From Asterias rubens (Eukaryota): 64,000 nucleotides of DNA. Within the stretch, counting starts at the first letter, position 1. Each line of letters opens with the position of its first letter. This document shows positions 61,159 through 64,000 of the stretch, in pieces. Location: positions 6,758,001-6,822,000 of the forward strand of contig NC_047082.1 of the NCBI RefSeq assembly GCF_902459465.1, in the 5' to 3' direction. The notes under the pieces were generated by a model, which did not search any database, was not told where the DNA came from, and saw only the letters and a list, made by a program, of their open reading frames with translations. The position numbers were made by a program, and so were the translations under genes.

Positions 61159-63191
61159 CTAAGCAGCAGAGAAGGTTAAAGGTCATAGGTTAGTTACATA
61201 GGACAGGGGTTAGCATGTTGGAAGGGGAAAGGTTGGAAATTGGGAAAGGGGAGTTGTTTTAAAAAATAAATGGGAGAAAGAATTTTGTTTGGATGACAAG
61301 TGTGAATTTTAAAGGAATAACATTTCTAAATAATGTTGAAGTATTTACAGAGAGCAATAAAAAGACTTCCCTCAATGTATCTGAAAAACAGCTTAACTAA
61401 CTGACTTCCCTCATGGTTTATATTAACACCATAGGTCCATATAACATCAAACCGTGTCTAAACTAACCCAATCATTTTTAAATCAGTCCACATTTTCCAA
61501 AAACAGCAACTTTAAGGGCAAGTTATTCCTTTGCCTTCCCCACCTTTCCCCCCCACCCCTCACACACAAGACAGTTTACCAATGGTAAATCAATGGTAAA
61601 ACAATGATCCAGTAAGACTACATTCTTTGATCACAAGAATAGGTAAAACATTGGTTTATAAATATGGCATTTTAGTTCATTATCCGTGTTTTAGGTGCCT
61701 TGAGCGTTTTTTTCGTGGATTTTTGTGCTATATAAACCCTGTTTATTATTATTTTTTATTAATAAAGAGATACATAGAAAAACAAAATTTAAAATTTCAC
61801 AAAAGAACCATGTTAACCTTTCCTTGAACTCTGGAAAATAATAACACCTACATCGATTCCAAATAATAACGAAGGCAATTCTACAAACAATAAGAAGACT
61901 TGTTGAAAGGAAGATGTCGTATATGAAGTATAGAACCCGACAGCAAAAAGCTTTTTCTTTGACCAGACTACCAAAACACCAGTACCATAAACCCTACACC
62001 GCCCAGCTTGTTTTTAAGGTTTCAACCTTGCCACACCATGTATCCATGCAAGCTTTCCGAAATCTAAACACCCCCCCCCTTCAAAAACATTCTGAGAAAT
62101 ATCTTATTTATATTTTTGATTTGTTTTTAGATGTGGTTCTGAAACCGATCCTCTTTGAATAAAAGGTATGCAGTGTCATAACCATGGTTAAACGTTTTGT
62201 CATTAAACTGCTTTGTTATTAGACGTCATCACTGATGATACTTCTTCAAAGTTTAGATGTCCCATTTTTGAGATAATCAGCATTGTTTTCTTGTGTGAAG
62301 GCCAGGTAGTTGTGAGCTGAAGTAAAGTATACTTTAATTCTCGAGTTCTTCAAAATAGTCTTCAATGATTCAGTGTTTAAGCTCTTTTTGAAACGTTCTT
62401 TGCTGCCAGACACCCACCTTTACATCAATACAAAGGATCATTATGGCAATGCTTGTGTTCAGCAGAATCATGTTTTGCTCATGCTGAGTCTGAATTGACT
62501 GGGGTCGGCTTTGGCTATATCAAAGCAAAGAAATGTTCTTAAACATTGCTGCTGAAGCCACTGTATGAATCGGCTAGGGCTATAACCGAAAGCGCTCAAT
62601 TCAGACTCAATCTTTGCAGGTTTCCTTAATTGTGAAATAAATCAGCTTTAAAAAAAAAGTGGTTTGTCTTGCTGGTTACCGCCTGAAATAGCAACCAAAT
62701 GCATGCAAGTATCTTGGTAGGCTGCTATTTGAATTTGACCCACAGCTTACTATCAAGAAATCTTCATTGATTCACCAACGGGCAATATACAGTGAACCCT
62801 AACTGGTAACACAAACCAAACAATATGCTTTATTTTCAAAATAAAATGCTATTAACTAGGAGTCTGTTTCCACAGAGTGAGAGAGAAGTTGCTTAGCACA
62901 TAGTGCCACAAAGAAGAAGTTGCTTTAAGCACATATCGCCACAAAGAAGAAGCCCTGCCGTGCTTTTTGCTTCTGAAATAATCTCTAGGTTTGTAATTGA
63001 CATGCTTTGTTTTAAATTTTGTATTTAAGAATGCAAGTCTTTGAAAATTATTCAGAAAAAATGCATCTCTTCCCTTCCTCGTTTGCCTTTCATTGATCAA
63101 TATATCCTGCTCAGGAATCTGGAAAGTTCTTGGTTTGAATTCCATTCCATGCATTTGTGCAGTTAACAAAATCTCTAGCAACACAGGCAGT

Positions 63192-63571
63192 TTAAAGGAA
63201 CACGTTGCCTTGGATCAGTCGAGTTGGTCTTTGAAAAGCGTTTGTAATAAAATGCATATGATTAGAAAGATATTTTAAAAGTACAATATTATGATCCACA
63301 CAAGTATCACTCGAAATTGCGTGGTTTTCCTTTTACCTCGTCGACAAACACAGTCGGCCATTTATGGGAGTCAAATTTTTGACTCCCATAAGTGGCCGAC
63401 CGTGTTGGTTCGCAAAGTAAAGGGAAAACCACGCAATTTCGAGGCAAATGTGTGTGGATCTTTGTATTCTACTTTTAAAACATCTTTCCAACCATTTGCA
63501 TTTTATAACAACCGGTTACAAACGCTTTTCAAAGACCAACTCGACCGATCCAAGGCAACGTGTTCCTTTAA
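63192..63571. mobile_element. Kolobok-like MITE family B, full copy
   Basis: Same TIRs and central palindrome as 56412-56801. Confidence 0.85.
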
Positions 63572-64000
63572 CACCCCCCCCCCCTCTCACTCTGTGTAAG
63601 GCTGCTTAAAAGTAACTAAAACACATTGCATAAAACACAGTCTTGACAAGTTATGATCTATTCAATAATTGTAACAAAATTAAACTTGAAAACACACCAT
63701 CTAAGTAGAAAATAAAATGTCAGCCAAATAATAAAGAACGGTGATTTTACTGAAGCAGTTGAACACAACAAGTTACTCTACTTCAACACATCTGCCGAAC
63801 AAATACTGTGAAAGAAGTACATGTATTATCATCATTAATAAAGTGCCGATCAGATTATTAAGTAACAATGAAAGTTTCTTTCCTGAACTCCATGCTTCAT
63901 TCCATTCACCCTGACTACCTATGAATACTACATAATCCATCCCAGTGTTTTGATTGACTCTGATGAACAATCAAACAACCCCATTCCTATCACAGGGCCT

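Noticed and set aside
62245-62420. ~55-codon open frame (WVSGSKERFKKSLN...)
   Set aside because: Short, bounded by stops, no recognisable motif or splice sites.
52054-64000. FERM-domain exons of FAK
   Set aside because: Searched by eye for the DGYCRL and FADF-type motifs and found none; presumed to lie beyond the window.

Overview
AT-rich, intron-rich animal genomic DNA. The repeat content suggests a marine invertebrate deuterostome, probably an echinoderm (inference). Three protein-coding genes lie in tandem on the minus strand, each reconstructed by hand from GT-AG boundaries and codon phase. (1) The 3' two-thirds of a focal adhesion kinase gene (PTK2/FAK-like): 17 phase-consistent exons from 52053 to the stop at 32802, covering the FERM-kinase linker, kinase, proline-rich region and FAT domain. 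The FERM exons were not found and presumably lie beyond 64000. (2) A complete 13-exon, 706-aa class III facilitative sugar transporter (SLC2A10/SLC2A12-like), 24161 to 6682. (3) The probable first exon (1180 to 1036) of a KH-domain gene that continues off the left edge. Introns and intergenic DNA are filled with TTAA-flanked (Kolobok-like) MITEs, other palindromic MITEs, tRNA-derived SINEs, LINE remnants, a Helentron-like element and minisatellites. The most interesting object is a ~970-nt open frame inside a FAK linker intron (49200-50169). It is bounded by phase-compatible splice sites and encodes 16-aa repeats in a 64-aa higher-order period carrying four RVxF and three SILK motifs, i.e. a candidate multivalent PP1-docking exon of FAK. 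Other notable points: the FAK Y925 equivalent is naturally Phe, the transporter loop has a furin-like site, there is a hammerhead-like motif, and there are tRNA-core tandem units. No databases were searched; all family names come from motif recognition.
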